Assembly (NCBI GenBank): GCA_951406725.2
Contig: OX597818.1
Location: 39,432,001 to 39,496,000 of the forward strand
Direction: 5' to 3'
DNA: 64,000 nt
Source: Octopus vulgaris
Lineage: Eukaryota
Within the stretch, counting starts at the first letter, position 1. Each line of letters begins with the position of its first letter. The notes beneath the pieces were generated by a model, which was given only the letters and a program-made list of their open reading frames with translations, did not search any database and was not told the origin of the DNA. The position numbers were made by a program, and so were the translations under genes. This document shows, one piece after another, positions 25,122-36,804 of this stretch.

Positions 25122-26669
25122 TTAAAAGGAGGTGTGTGTTCATTTCAGAAAATAACATATTTCAAAGAATGACTAGGAAAATTTTTTAGTTGGCTTTAAA
25201 ATAAAGTTTGATTGGACATATATGCAATGCTTCAACATAGCCACATCCCTTTGGTTGGAAATAAGTAAAAGATCATAAATTATGCCATGAAGCTACAAAC
25301 ACCAGAATGTATATTTTAGCATTATACACATATATATTTAATTTTCTTGAGAGATTTAGTGCTGAGCAGCTTTTGCATAAAGCAATACATTTCTAAATCT
25401 GAGCTGATTAGCTCTTTCCAGAGTGTTTAAAAACATTTCTCAGTATTATCAAGGCAGCAGGCTGGCAGAATTGTTAGGACACTGGAAGAAAATATTTTGC
25501 AGCTGTTCAAATTCTGCTGAAGTTGACATTACCTTTCATCCTTTCAGAGTCAACAAAATAAAATAAATACCAGTTGAGCAGTGTGGAGGATAGATTCGAC
25601 TAACACCTCCCAACAAAATTTCAAGCTTTGAGCTTAACATTATATATTTTAGCAAAGCTCAGTATTTCCTCTCTTTCCCCACGTGTCCAATCAAAACATT
25701 TAGCTACATTCCTGTTTGAAATTTGTCTCTACTAGAACAAACCATACAAATAAAGAAACTTCATTATATTTCAATTTCCTGACTATTTTGCACTCTTATA
25801 ATGGAAGCTAACTATCCATTTTACAGTTCCAACAAACTAAATTAAGAAAATCTCTTTAGGGACAAAAACAAAGAATTTCAATTATGACTAGCAATTTTTT
25901 TTCAAAAAGAGGAGAAAACAGTCAATAGAGACTTTGGTTAATGATATAAATATACAATTGTTGCAATAAAACATTGGACCTAAACAATTGATCAGGATCA
26001 TTAATAATCACAAATCACAAAGCTAAAAAGCAGGAGTAAAACTGAAAATATTTATTCTGCTGAATTAAGAGGAGTTTCTAGTAGAAGTAACTGAAAAATA
26101 AATGGTTGGTTTTTGTTATGTTCCTAGGTGTTTATGTGAAAATTATTTTATAATCAAATAAAAATTATCCACTCCAAGAAAATAGCAATCATCACCTGTT
26201 ATCAAATAAAAAGAAAACAGAAAAGAATGCAATTTTCTTCAAATTCAAATACGGCACTGGCTAATCACAATGCAATAAAAAAAAAGAGAAACATTTGAAA
26301 TATTGATTTTATAATTTTACAAGACTGATTTAAACCAAAATATGCATGTAGCTGCTAACTTAAAACTTTACAATGGAATTTTTACAAATTAAAGCTTTAG
26401 AAATGAGTGAAGTATATAAAATATTATTAAATTAACTATTATAATGATTAAAATTATATATTTCTCAAATAAAAGAAAAAGCTCTCAATGAACAAAGGAA
26501 AAATTAACATATTTCTCTACTCTTACAAAGAAACATAAAAGTAACCAACATATTTTAAAAGTTACCAATTAATGCTTTATTTTGATGATGATGGTGATGC
26601 TAACAAATTATCTATTCTACATCATTTAAAAGCAGAAACAAGCACAAAACAATCACCAATTAATCTCAC

Positions 26670-26849
26670 CTGATAAGACCGGATAATCGACTGCACGGAG
26701 AGATGATGTTCAATAATCTTCTCACTGGGCATAGCTGCAGCAGGCACCATCTCTGTACTGGTGGGTACTGGAGCTCCACCTAATGTAGGTGGACGTATGT
26801 AGGCAGAACTAACTCCCCTTGCTGTATTTCGAAAATACACATCCCAAGA
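26670..26849 (-). CDS. OGDH: OGDH coding exon 2
   Basis: ttccatttctag|TCT...TATCAG|gtgaga. 180 nt, phase 0-0. SWDVYFRN...KIIEHHLSVQSIIRSYQ matches OGDH SWDxxFR...HLxVQxxIRxYQ. Confidence 0.96.
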
Positions 26850-29800
26850 CTAGAAATGGAAAGAAAAAGTTTTCATAAATTAAGTATGCATATATCACAA
26901 ATGTTTTTAAAATTATCCAAAGAAAAATACTATAACTTATCATAGAGTTAAGTGGCAGAGTATATGCCAGTTCTTTAAACTAATAATGACAACTTATTCA
27001 GCTAAGCAACAAAATTCACAAGTTCTAATAGTAAATAACTAATAGCAATATAAATATGATGCAGCAAAGACAAGACTAACATCAAATAATGGAAATAAAT
27101 CTGCAACCAAAAATTTGGGTAAAAAATAATCATACTATGTTTACAATAACTTCATTCCATAAAGTTGTTATTGACATTTTTTTTTTTACAAATAAAACTA
27201 AAAGAACAAAGTTTGTTTTTTTTTTCTTATACCATGCACAGCACCAACATTCTAAGTAATTTCTACTTTTTTATTGTTGGCGTGAATTTTTTTCAATTTT
27301 GTAAAATTGTTATCTAAAACTAACTATTATTTAAAACAGTTTGATTTGGCCCTAGGCAACTTAAAGTTTCAACAGCTCATTTAAGGTACCTAGCTCGTCT
27401 AGAATATACTGAATTTCAACCTAAACAAGTCCCGGTATCCATTCATCCAATATAACTAGTTGTAAATGTTTAAATTGCACAATTCTTCAGTCTTATCTAA
27501 GCTTTAGAATTCAACTTGTTTTACACACAAACCAAACTTGTATTTTGTGTAGATTGATATTCTCAAATCAATCCTGAGAGGCTCACTTTATTATACAATT
27601 ATGAAAGTTTCCAAGGCCCCATAAGTAAAATTTGCAACCAGTAATATGAGGGGTTTGTGCCAATAATATATATATACGTAAGTGCAGGTATGGTTATGTG
27701 GTTAAGAATTAACTTCACAACCACATGGTTCAGCATATTCGGCAATTTTCTATTATAGTCCCAAGCCCTTTGAGTGGTTTTAAGAGATGGAAACTGAATG
27801 AAGCTTGTTGGGTGCATGTGCGTGTGTACAAGCACAGTTCAAACCTCATTGTCCTGACATCCTGCTAATTGTAAACACTGTCATACAAATGATGTTCTTC
27901 ACTTGCAATCTTCCGTGAAAATATGCCTGACTATTGCAATGGTCCTGTTTGAAAGGGTAAGGGGAAATATTGGCCTACTTGGAAACAGGTAAGAGTTGGT
28001 GACAATGGCATCCAACCATAGAAAATCTGCTTCAACGAATACAAACATAGAACATTGGATGTTAAAACAATGATAAAGTGATTCTTATAGAATATTAGGT
28101 TTATATTTGAAAATTGGAAAAAATAGCTAAAACAAAGTGGACCACAGACCAATAAAGATGCTTTCACTCATGAAGTATATAGTGTATTTTATCATCATTA
28201 TCAGCATCATTTAACACATTTTCCATAGCATGGGTTGGATGGTCTAACTGGAGTGGGTGAGCCAAAGGTTTGCAGTTTCTACAACCAAGACTCCCTTGCT
28301 AACACCAACCACTTTACAGAGTGTACTGGGTGCTTTTCACATGACATCTGATTTGTGAAGCCATCAAGTAACTTACATGACAAGACTCCACAACTGAGTG
28401 GGAAGTAGTATTGAAGGAAGTGGCTTGATGTCAAGTGATGAAAGGCTCAAGTATGATAAAGGGATAGGAACAGGTATTTGCAGTAGAGAGATATATGGTT
28501 ACCCCAGTTGGAAAAAGAAGGTGGTTAGGCTGTGTCAATGTGCACTCTTAAATTATAGGAAGGTGAATATAAGTGGTATGGGTGGGTAGGTAACTGGGAG
28601 TGTGAAGGAGAGTTACAGATGGATATGAATGGGAATGAGGGAAATGTAGTGAGTGGTAAACATGATGGAAGCATGATTGATTGTGAATATTAGTCGAAGG
28701 GAAAAGTGAAAGAAGTAGGTATGGATGAGGAAGATAGAAGGTGGTAGCAAAGATGTGAAGTAGTGACAGTGTGGTGCAGGAGGGATGAACAGTATTAGGG
28801 GCAAAATCAGAAGTACATACAGGTAGAAATAGAGGAAGATAATTCAAGGTAGTGGAAGGGAGGGCTTCTGTTGGAAAAATTAGGTGTACAGGGAAAAAGG
28901 GAGGTAGAAGGGGCATTCAATGGAAAATACCAAGAATGCATGGAAAAAGGTGGTTCCACAAAGGAGTACTGAATGCGCATTGTTCTGTTCTTATAGTTAC
29001 ACCAGCTGGGTAAATAGTACCATAATCAGAAGAGTGATAGAGGGGAAGATGTTAGAAAGGTGACTTTTTTTAAGGGGGGGGGGTCATAAGTGTCAGATTG
29101 GTTGCAGGGGAAGACATATGCTTTTAGGTACTCATTTTTGCTTTAGGGTCATTCCATGAGTGGTCCCTCATGAAGCTTAACCTTTAGCACACTGCAAACG
29201 TACCATATCACCATACAACTTTTATCCCTGCTCAATGCAACACAATGCCCCTGAAGCTATAAGGAAGAAAACTTGTACGTCGTCAGATGTGACATGGAAT
29301 AACTTTTATGGTTTTCAAGTTCTTACAACTTTTAAAGGAAAAATATCTTATTCTCTTATCTTATTTTCTCAGATTGCTCCGATATGACAAGGATAACATC
29401 TTTTTCTACAGTAAGTTTAAATCAACGATCTGTGCACTACAGGGACCTTCAGCCAATTCAAAAACCAATATGTATTCAAAAATTTATTATTTCTTCTGAG
29501 ATCATGGTGTTTCAGCTGACTAGAATCCTTTTGCTACATCACATGGAAAAGAGGAGAATGATGGAAAGTGTGGTGATGTGAAAAATGCTATCTGGCAGAA
29601 AACCTTGCAGATAAAGGAAGTTGCTACAAATCTGGACAAATTTATTGCTGTGGCAAAAAAGAAGTTTTCATCGTGTTATTGCTGCTTGTCCATCACAGCC
29701 AACACAAATTTTTTGAAGGAAAGAATGGCAACCCATTCAAGATCATTATGAGGAACACAACACTTTCATTACATTGAAATAATTAATGAAACTACTGTTG

Positions 29801-31471
29801 GGAATATATTGTCACCTCCCTGAACATATCTGCAAACTGTTCAAAACAGTGGAATCAAATGAGAATGTGGTAAATTCTATTAAGAAAAGTACACATTTAA
29901 ATATGAAAAAGGTTGGTACAAAAAAAAAAAACCAAAGTGCTACCAGCAGTATGTGAAAAAAATCTGATAGAGTAACTGTTTGTAATTGTAAAACAAATAT
30001 CAGATGGAAATATGTACACCATTGACAACATGGACAAATCATGGATATATGAAGATCAAATAGTTGAACCTTGCCTTGTCCTGATATGACAAGTCATGAA
30101 AACTAAGTTTGACAAGGAACTTTAGACTTTCATAATGCTATGAATTAAATTTGATAAATTTATTTTGTTTTTTTTTTTGTGTTCAAGTTAAATCAAATTT
30201 GTTGTGATTAACAGCCTTAGCAATATTTTCATGTGAACTGGACAAGTTACAGAATACTTTTGAGACTATCAGAGCACGTTCCATACTTTTTGTACAGTCT
30301 CACTTCAGGAACACAATGTCGGCTCAAATTACAATTTGAGTTTGTATACTTTCACAATTTCATTTCTACAAATGCAGCAATCGTTTTCAATTTAAACTAG
30401 TGTCTGAAGAACAATTTCTCAGACAACTTTGCTTTGAAACATGCTCAGTACAAAAAAAGGCAAATTTTTGCAGGTTATGCCCAGAACATAATTTGCTTGT
30501 CAAAACAAGAAACACTTTAACTGTTGATCAATAAAATTTTGTTGGGAATTGTAACCCTCCCTCTCTTCTATTCACATGTGCATTTCTAACACACAGGTTT
30601 TGTTCTTTATGGAGAAATTAGGGATTTCGCCCTTTCACATGTCATATCCAGAACTTATGTAATGGCCACTGGTTTTCTCAAGAGTAGCATATCACCAATC
30701 ATGTAGGAGAATAAAATACATAGGAAATACAAAGGTGTATGTAGGATAATGGAAACTGTAAGTACAATAATTTACAGTAAGCACTCAGACTTGAAAAACA
30801 GATTTGAACTGAAGCTATTTTCATTGAAACCATTGTGTCTAACATAGTACAAACCACAAAACATTTCAACAACACTTTCTCCACTTCTCTTACATACATC
30901 CACCAAAATCAAAAACTTCAATTGTTCCAATCAAACAAAGCAACTGCTTTCAGCAGTATCCCCTACTGATGACCATGCCTAGTGTACGACTCCCAAATAT
31001 GTGACTGTATTACTATCTGTTGGTGTAATCAGACTTAATAGTGAGGGTAAGTAAGCGTAAACCTGTATGTATGTGTGCATACATGTGGCTGCAAGAAATA
31101 AGTCATACCTGCTAAATAAAATTGGGTCATCTGCAACACAGGCTTCCACATTAAGCTGGGTATATCAGGTTACAGATTGTTCAGGAATCATCATCATCAT
31201 CATCGTTTAGCGTCCGTTTTCCATGCTAGCATGGGTTGGAATGGACCAGCATAATAGATTACAGGTTGGTCACTCAACATACTGTAGTGTCTTTTTACTT
31301 TTAACATTCTACTCACTTTTTTTTCCAGTGTTTACAAGCCTCTCCATTTTTATGGCTCCATAAACCACTGTCATCTTCAATCTAGTTGAAACCTTGCACC
31401 AGTCACAGATTTGGTCTATAGCCCTCAGTGGGTTGTCCCATAGGAACTTCCAGCTGTCTTCTATGCTTTAA

Positions 31472-31654
31472 CCCTTTAGCATTCAGATTATTCTGATGCA
31501 TATTTATTCACATTGTTTTGAATTAGTCATGCATCATCTTGCAGCTTTGAGATTCTCATGAAGTGATGGCTAATTTTTTAGATGAGCATTGTAAGGTAGG
31601 TGTGAGAGGTTGCATAATATTAGGCCAGATATGGCCAGTTTGAATGCTAAAAAG
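31472..31654. mobile_element. piggyBac-type MITE
   Basis: TTAA|CCCTTTAGCATTCA ... TGAATGCTAAAAAG|TTAA: TTAA TSD with 14-bp imperfect TIRs. Confidence 0.8.
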
Positions 31655-31699
31655 TTAAATCTCTATCTCCTTGCTTCCATCAAATATTTCAACTTGTAC

Positions 31700-32560
31700 A
31701 TTTCTAAAGTTCAGTTTGATGGATCTTAAAGCTTCCATATCTACCTTTTTCCAAACTGATTGTTTTCTAAGCCTGCCAAGCTCTAAGTCCTAAATTACTA
31801 ACCATTAGCCTGTGTTGGCTTGTACATTCTGCCCAAGAAGGAAAACTTAAGTGTCTATAACTATCTGTCCATTCCATTACCTGGTCAGAATTAGATCTAT
31901 TTAGCTTGTGTGTTCACAAGATTAATAGGTGATCAGGTGAATTTAGTGTTACAAATGATCAAGTCTTTAATATCAGAAAGTTCTTGTAGCCTTATTACCT
32001 CTTTGCTCCTCAAACCAAAGCACATTGTGAAATTCATCAGAACACTGTCCAACATGTCTCTTGAAATCACCAACCATGACAAGAAAGTAACTACTATTCA
32101 TCATTAACATAGTCTGCAAACTGGCCCTGTCCATCTGCCAGTTCAGATTGTGGAGCATATGCAGAGATCAATATCACTGATATATTAACTAAGGTTAGTC
32201 TAAGCTCAATTATCCTACTACATACTCATACTACTTAAATTACTTATTCTACACACTTCTCTGTTAATAAGATGCCTACTCCATACATAATGTCACTGCT
32301 GCTGCTAACTCAGAAGAATTTATTATCTTTGTTCCTTGACAGTGAGGAGATTGTTTAAAGTTCATCTCCATTTTACTTTTCACACACAAAACACATCTAA
32401 AAGTCTGCCAAATTCCAAAAATTTATCTAGAGAAAGATGTGTCATAAATGGAAAATTCCAGAGAGTGCCCAGGTTCCTTGGAAATGCACAGCTGTTACAA
32501 GTCAATTGTTGAAAGTGATATCACACACCTAAGGTTTTGCTTGTCCAGCCCCATTAATTA
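31700..32560 (-). mobile_element. Degraded RTE endonuclease-region fragment
   Basis: ORF 31973-32158 has VMVGDFKRHVG (GDFNxHVG, APE endonuclease motif). Boundaries approximate. Confidence 0.6.
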
Positions 32561-32639
32561 GGCCTCAGTTTATCACCATGAAATGTCATAGCAACAAGTC
32601 TTGTATGCATTACCACATCCTATATACTCTACAATGATG

Positions 32640-32930
32640 AAAATGTTGAAAAGAACTGCATATATTCCTATGAATAATCATGAAAAGAAAAAGAGAAAGT
32701 ATTTCTGTTTTTCAATATCACAGAGAGTCAAGTTGTTGGAAAAACCCAGTGTAATTGTGAAGTGTCTGATTGAGAGGTTTGCCATTGAAACGATCGCTAT
32801 ATTTGACCTTCAGAAATAGGACACACAGTGGAATCCTATGTTGAAAGTAATGAACAGAAGTTAATGAAAAACATTGCATAAAGCAAAAATGTAAATCTTG
32901 ATTATGCAATGATGATGCCATCAGTGTCAG
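32640..32930 (+). mobile_element. pogo/Tigger transposase N-terminal (CENP-B-type HTH) remnant
   Basis: MLKRTAYIPMNNHEKKKRKYFCFSISQRVKLLEK..VKCLIERFAIETIAIFDLQK* then SNEQKLMKTLHKAK. Confidence 0.75.
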
Positions 32931-34829
32931 AGAAAATGGAGCGGTGTGAACTCTTATTATTTTTATACAAAGTAATCTTTTTTGGCGCATATCAAATGAA
33001 TACTAAACAAAGCAATTTTACTTTAAATCCTAATTTCACAGTTTTCTCCTTTTGTTAAATTTTATTCATCTAGTCGACTTTTTAAAATAGCAGACATGGA
33101 AAATATGTTTTATTAGAATTATTTCACCACTTTATATCTTTAGATAGATGTTTTGCATATATTTTGACAAGCTTGGAGAATAACGTGCCATTTTCACTTT
33201 TTAGCTATACGCAAACAATACTTCCTTCATTTCTTTAAAATTATAACTGCATTTAACAACTGTCTTAAATTGTTTCAAAGTCTTATTGTTAGAATAATAT
33301 TACTATTGAGAGTATTCATTTGCAAAACTGAGAAGGAAGAGTTAAACTTAAATACAACCACATTGTCATTAATCTATTAATTTCTGCTTTTCTTTTGTTT
33401 AAAAAAAAAGGAAAAAAGGAGTGGCTTGATCTTCACAATTTGTTTAGGGAGATTTAGCTGCTAATTCTAGCCAATTGAGTAATCACTCAAATTTTAACTT
33501 TTGTGAACTAACATCAAAGAGGAAACACACTTGTTAAAATTATTCCAATATCTTCTGATAATTTTTTAACAATTATTTCACTATTTATTTCTATCATATT
33601 TTCAAATATCATTTCACTAACTGGAAAGATTTAAAAAAACATGCAGTGTTGTAGATAAAACACTTCTGACTCCAAGCATAAATGATTACCAAGTTTTTTT
33701 TTGTACACACACAACACAGGATAAAACAGGTGCAACAAGACCAAATGGCTACAGAGATCCTTCCCAGTCACGAGGTTCTAGTTCGATACCAGTATTTGGT
33801 ATATTGGGCACGTGTCTTTTACCATAGTGAGTCTTTCACAAAGTTGGGTTAACCCAAACCTTGATGGAAACTGTACAGAAGTCCATTGGAGGAATTAAAC
33901 CTGTAATTCAAAAGGTCCCTTCATGCCACACATTGTCACGCTGATTTTGCCAAAAAACTTTAAGTGCATATGTCCCTGTCGAATATTCACCCACTAATAT
34001 GCTAATTCAATGAATAGGTAAATTAGACTGACAGCATCTGAATATTCATCAAATCCATTGTTCATTTAACATCTGTGTTTGCTATTTGAGTAGGATTGAA
34101 CAGGGACATATTTCAGTCAGCACTTTACAGCTGGATGCCATTCCTGTAGTAAACTCTTATTTGTTGTTTCAAGTAGGGGATTTACATATATATATATATA
34201 TATATATATATGTACCACTAGACTTCAAGAGCTTTGTGATTAGTTGTAATATTTAACAAGAAACAAGCAATGTAAACATCATACCACTATTTTAACCAAG
34301 CAAGCAAAGTATTGGAATGTGAGCATTTGAGCACATGCACACACAGTCATGTGACAGTTCCATGTAGTTTCTGTCAACCAATTCCATTCACAAGGCATTG
34401 GCTGACCTAGAGCTATAAAAGGAGACACTTGCCCAAGGTTCTGCAGACTGAACCCAAAGTCATGTGGTTATGAAGAAAACTTCACAATCATAAATCATTG
34501 CTTTAATATCCACTTTTCCATGCTTATATGGATTAGATGGAATTTGTTGAGGTATGTTTTCAACAGACGGATACCCTTCATATCACCAACCATCACCTGT
34601 TTCTAAGCAAAGCAATAGTTTTCCATATATACATAAGCAATGGGCTTCTTTGTTTCTGTGTACCAAATCCATTCACAAGACTTTGATCAACCTGGGGCTA
34701 TAGTAAAGACACTTACCCAAGGTGCTATGTAATGGGACTGAATTTGAAATTATGTAGCTGAGAAATAAAACTTCTCAACGACAAAGTTACAGTTGCATGC
34801 TAACATGTATATATTATATATATACATTA

Positions 34830-36290
34830 GCATCATCATTGTCGTTTAATATCTGCTTTCCATGCTGGCATGAGTTGGATGGTTTGACTGAGGACTGGCG
34901 AGCTAGAAGGCTGCACTAAGCTCCAATCTGATCTGGCAAAGTTTCTACAGCTGGATGCCCTTCCTAATGCCAACTACTCCAAGAGTGAAGTAGGTGCTTT
35001 TTACATGTCACCAGCACAAGGGCCAGTCAGGTGGTACTGGCATCGACCATGCTCAAATGGTGCTTTACGTGCCACCAGCACAGGACCAGTCAGGTGACAC
35101 TGGCAACGATCACGCTCGAATGGTGCCTTTTACATGGCAATGCATGGGAGCCAGTCAAGTGGCATTGGCAATGGTGTTTAAATGCTTAAATGGTGTTTTA
35201 AACGTGCCACTGGCATAGGTGCCAATCAGGCGGTACTGTTGTCGGCCACAACAATTCCACTTGCTTCAACAGGTCTTCACAAGTGCAGTTTATTGCCCAA
35301 TGATTGAAGGGTACTCTTAAATGGGCTGGTTATGCTGTACTGGCATAGGCCATAGTTATAGTCTCACTTGGCTTGCCGGGTCTTCTCAAGCAGAGCATAT
35401 CTCCAAAGGTCTCGGTCACTTGTCATTGCCTTGGTAAGGCCCAATGTTCAAAGGTCGTGCTTCACCACCTCATCCCAGGTCTTCCTGAGTATAACTCTTC
35501 CACAGGTTCCCTCAACTGCTAGGGTGTGACACTTTTTCACACAGCTGTCTTCATCCATTCACAATACGACTATACCAGTGTAGTCGTCTCTCTTGCACAC
35601 CACATCTGATGCTTCCTAAGTTCAACTTTTCTCTCAGGGTACTTATACTCTGTCATGCATGCACACTGACATTACATATCCAGCGAAGCATACTGGCTTC
35701 ATTCCTTGGAAGCTTACGCATGTCTTCAGCAGTCACGGCCCATGTTTCACTGCCATATAGAATGGCTGTTCACAGATATGTGTCATAGTCTACCTTTTAC
35801 TGAGTGAGAGGCCCTTTGTCACCAGCAGAGGTTAGGAGCTCTCTGAACTTTGCCTAGGCTATTCTTTTTCTACCAGCTACACTTTCAGAGCATCCATCCC
35901 CGCTACAACTAGTTTTTCCCCCAGGAATGGGATGGAAGCTATCAACTACAACTAGTTTTTCACCCAGGAATGGGACGGAAGCTATTTTCTGCACATTTTC
36001 AGTATTTATTGTGCCTGAGCGTTTGCCACATGCAAAAACTATCTTCCCAGTTAGCCTTTTTTTGATATTGTTGCACCTCTTGTGTGTCCATAGCTTACAC
36101 TGAGTACATCTTATGGAGTTTCAACCTACACCTTTTCTAAAGATCAAGCATGGCCATCTACCTGAAGGGATTTGTGCTCTGTCTGCCTTCCTGCTCATTA
36201 CGACACTGGTTTTTGCTTGGTTGACTCTAAGGCCCTTCAATTCTAGACCTTGCTTCCACACCTGAAACTTCTCTAGTTCTGATAATGAAT
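34830..36290 (-). mobile_element. RTE-clade LINE 3' portion, same family as 20600-21930
   Basis: Reverse complement aligns by eye with 20640-21930. Tail appears as (CAT)n at 34830. Includes a Cys/His-rich segment at ~36025-36160. Confidence 0.9.
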
Positions 36291-36804
36291 CATATAGGTA
36301 TGTGTATATGGTATATGCAATTGAGACAGTATTAAATTTAAAAAGTCATCTCGGTATCATACTTGATGTATATACACTGTCAATGAGCCAGTAACAGCAG
36401 TATTCATCTTGAGGCAACATTTCTTATGGCCTTGCTGTGTTAAAAAAGAAAAGTATTGACAGGAAACAAAAGAAAAATCATCCCAGCAGCAGCCCACTTA
36501 AATACTGTGTGCATTTCAGCGTTTTTAATGACACATGCAGTCAGCGAGAGATTCTCACATGGGTGAGAATTTCTCACTGATATAGGAAACATTGAATAAA
36601 ACGTTTCCTGATATTATGAATAACTGCCTGGTTGAATGAAATTCTGGCATATGCATTTGAAACAGTATTAAATAAAATAGCCATCTATGTATCATACTTA
36701 TTTTAGTTTTAATAATTTCCTTCTACCAATCCCACTTTTGTCTATCTAAGATAGAACTTGAGAAGTTACCAAGCATATTCATACAGCCATGCTTATACCT
36801 ATAT

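Noticed and set aside
2969-26669. Third IRGH..DPLG alternative exon
   Set aside because: Manual scan of xGH and DP codon patterns (e.g. 13345, 22102, 23829) found only stop-containing or acceptor-less hits. A tBLASTn with 3A/3B would be needed to exclude a divergent copy.
29170-30300. Possible degraded DNA-transposon coding remnant (Cys-rich patch near 29980)
   Set aside because: No family motif I can identify with confidence.
30403-30450. CTGAAGA...GAAACATG hammerhead-like spacing
   Set aside because: Stem II does not pair convincingly and stem I is absent.
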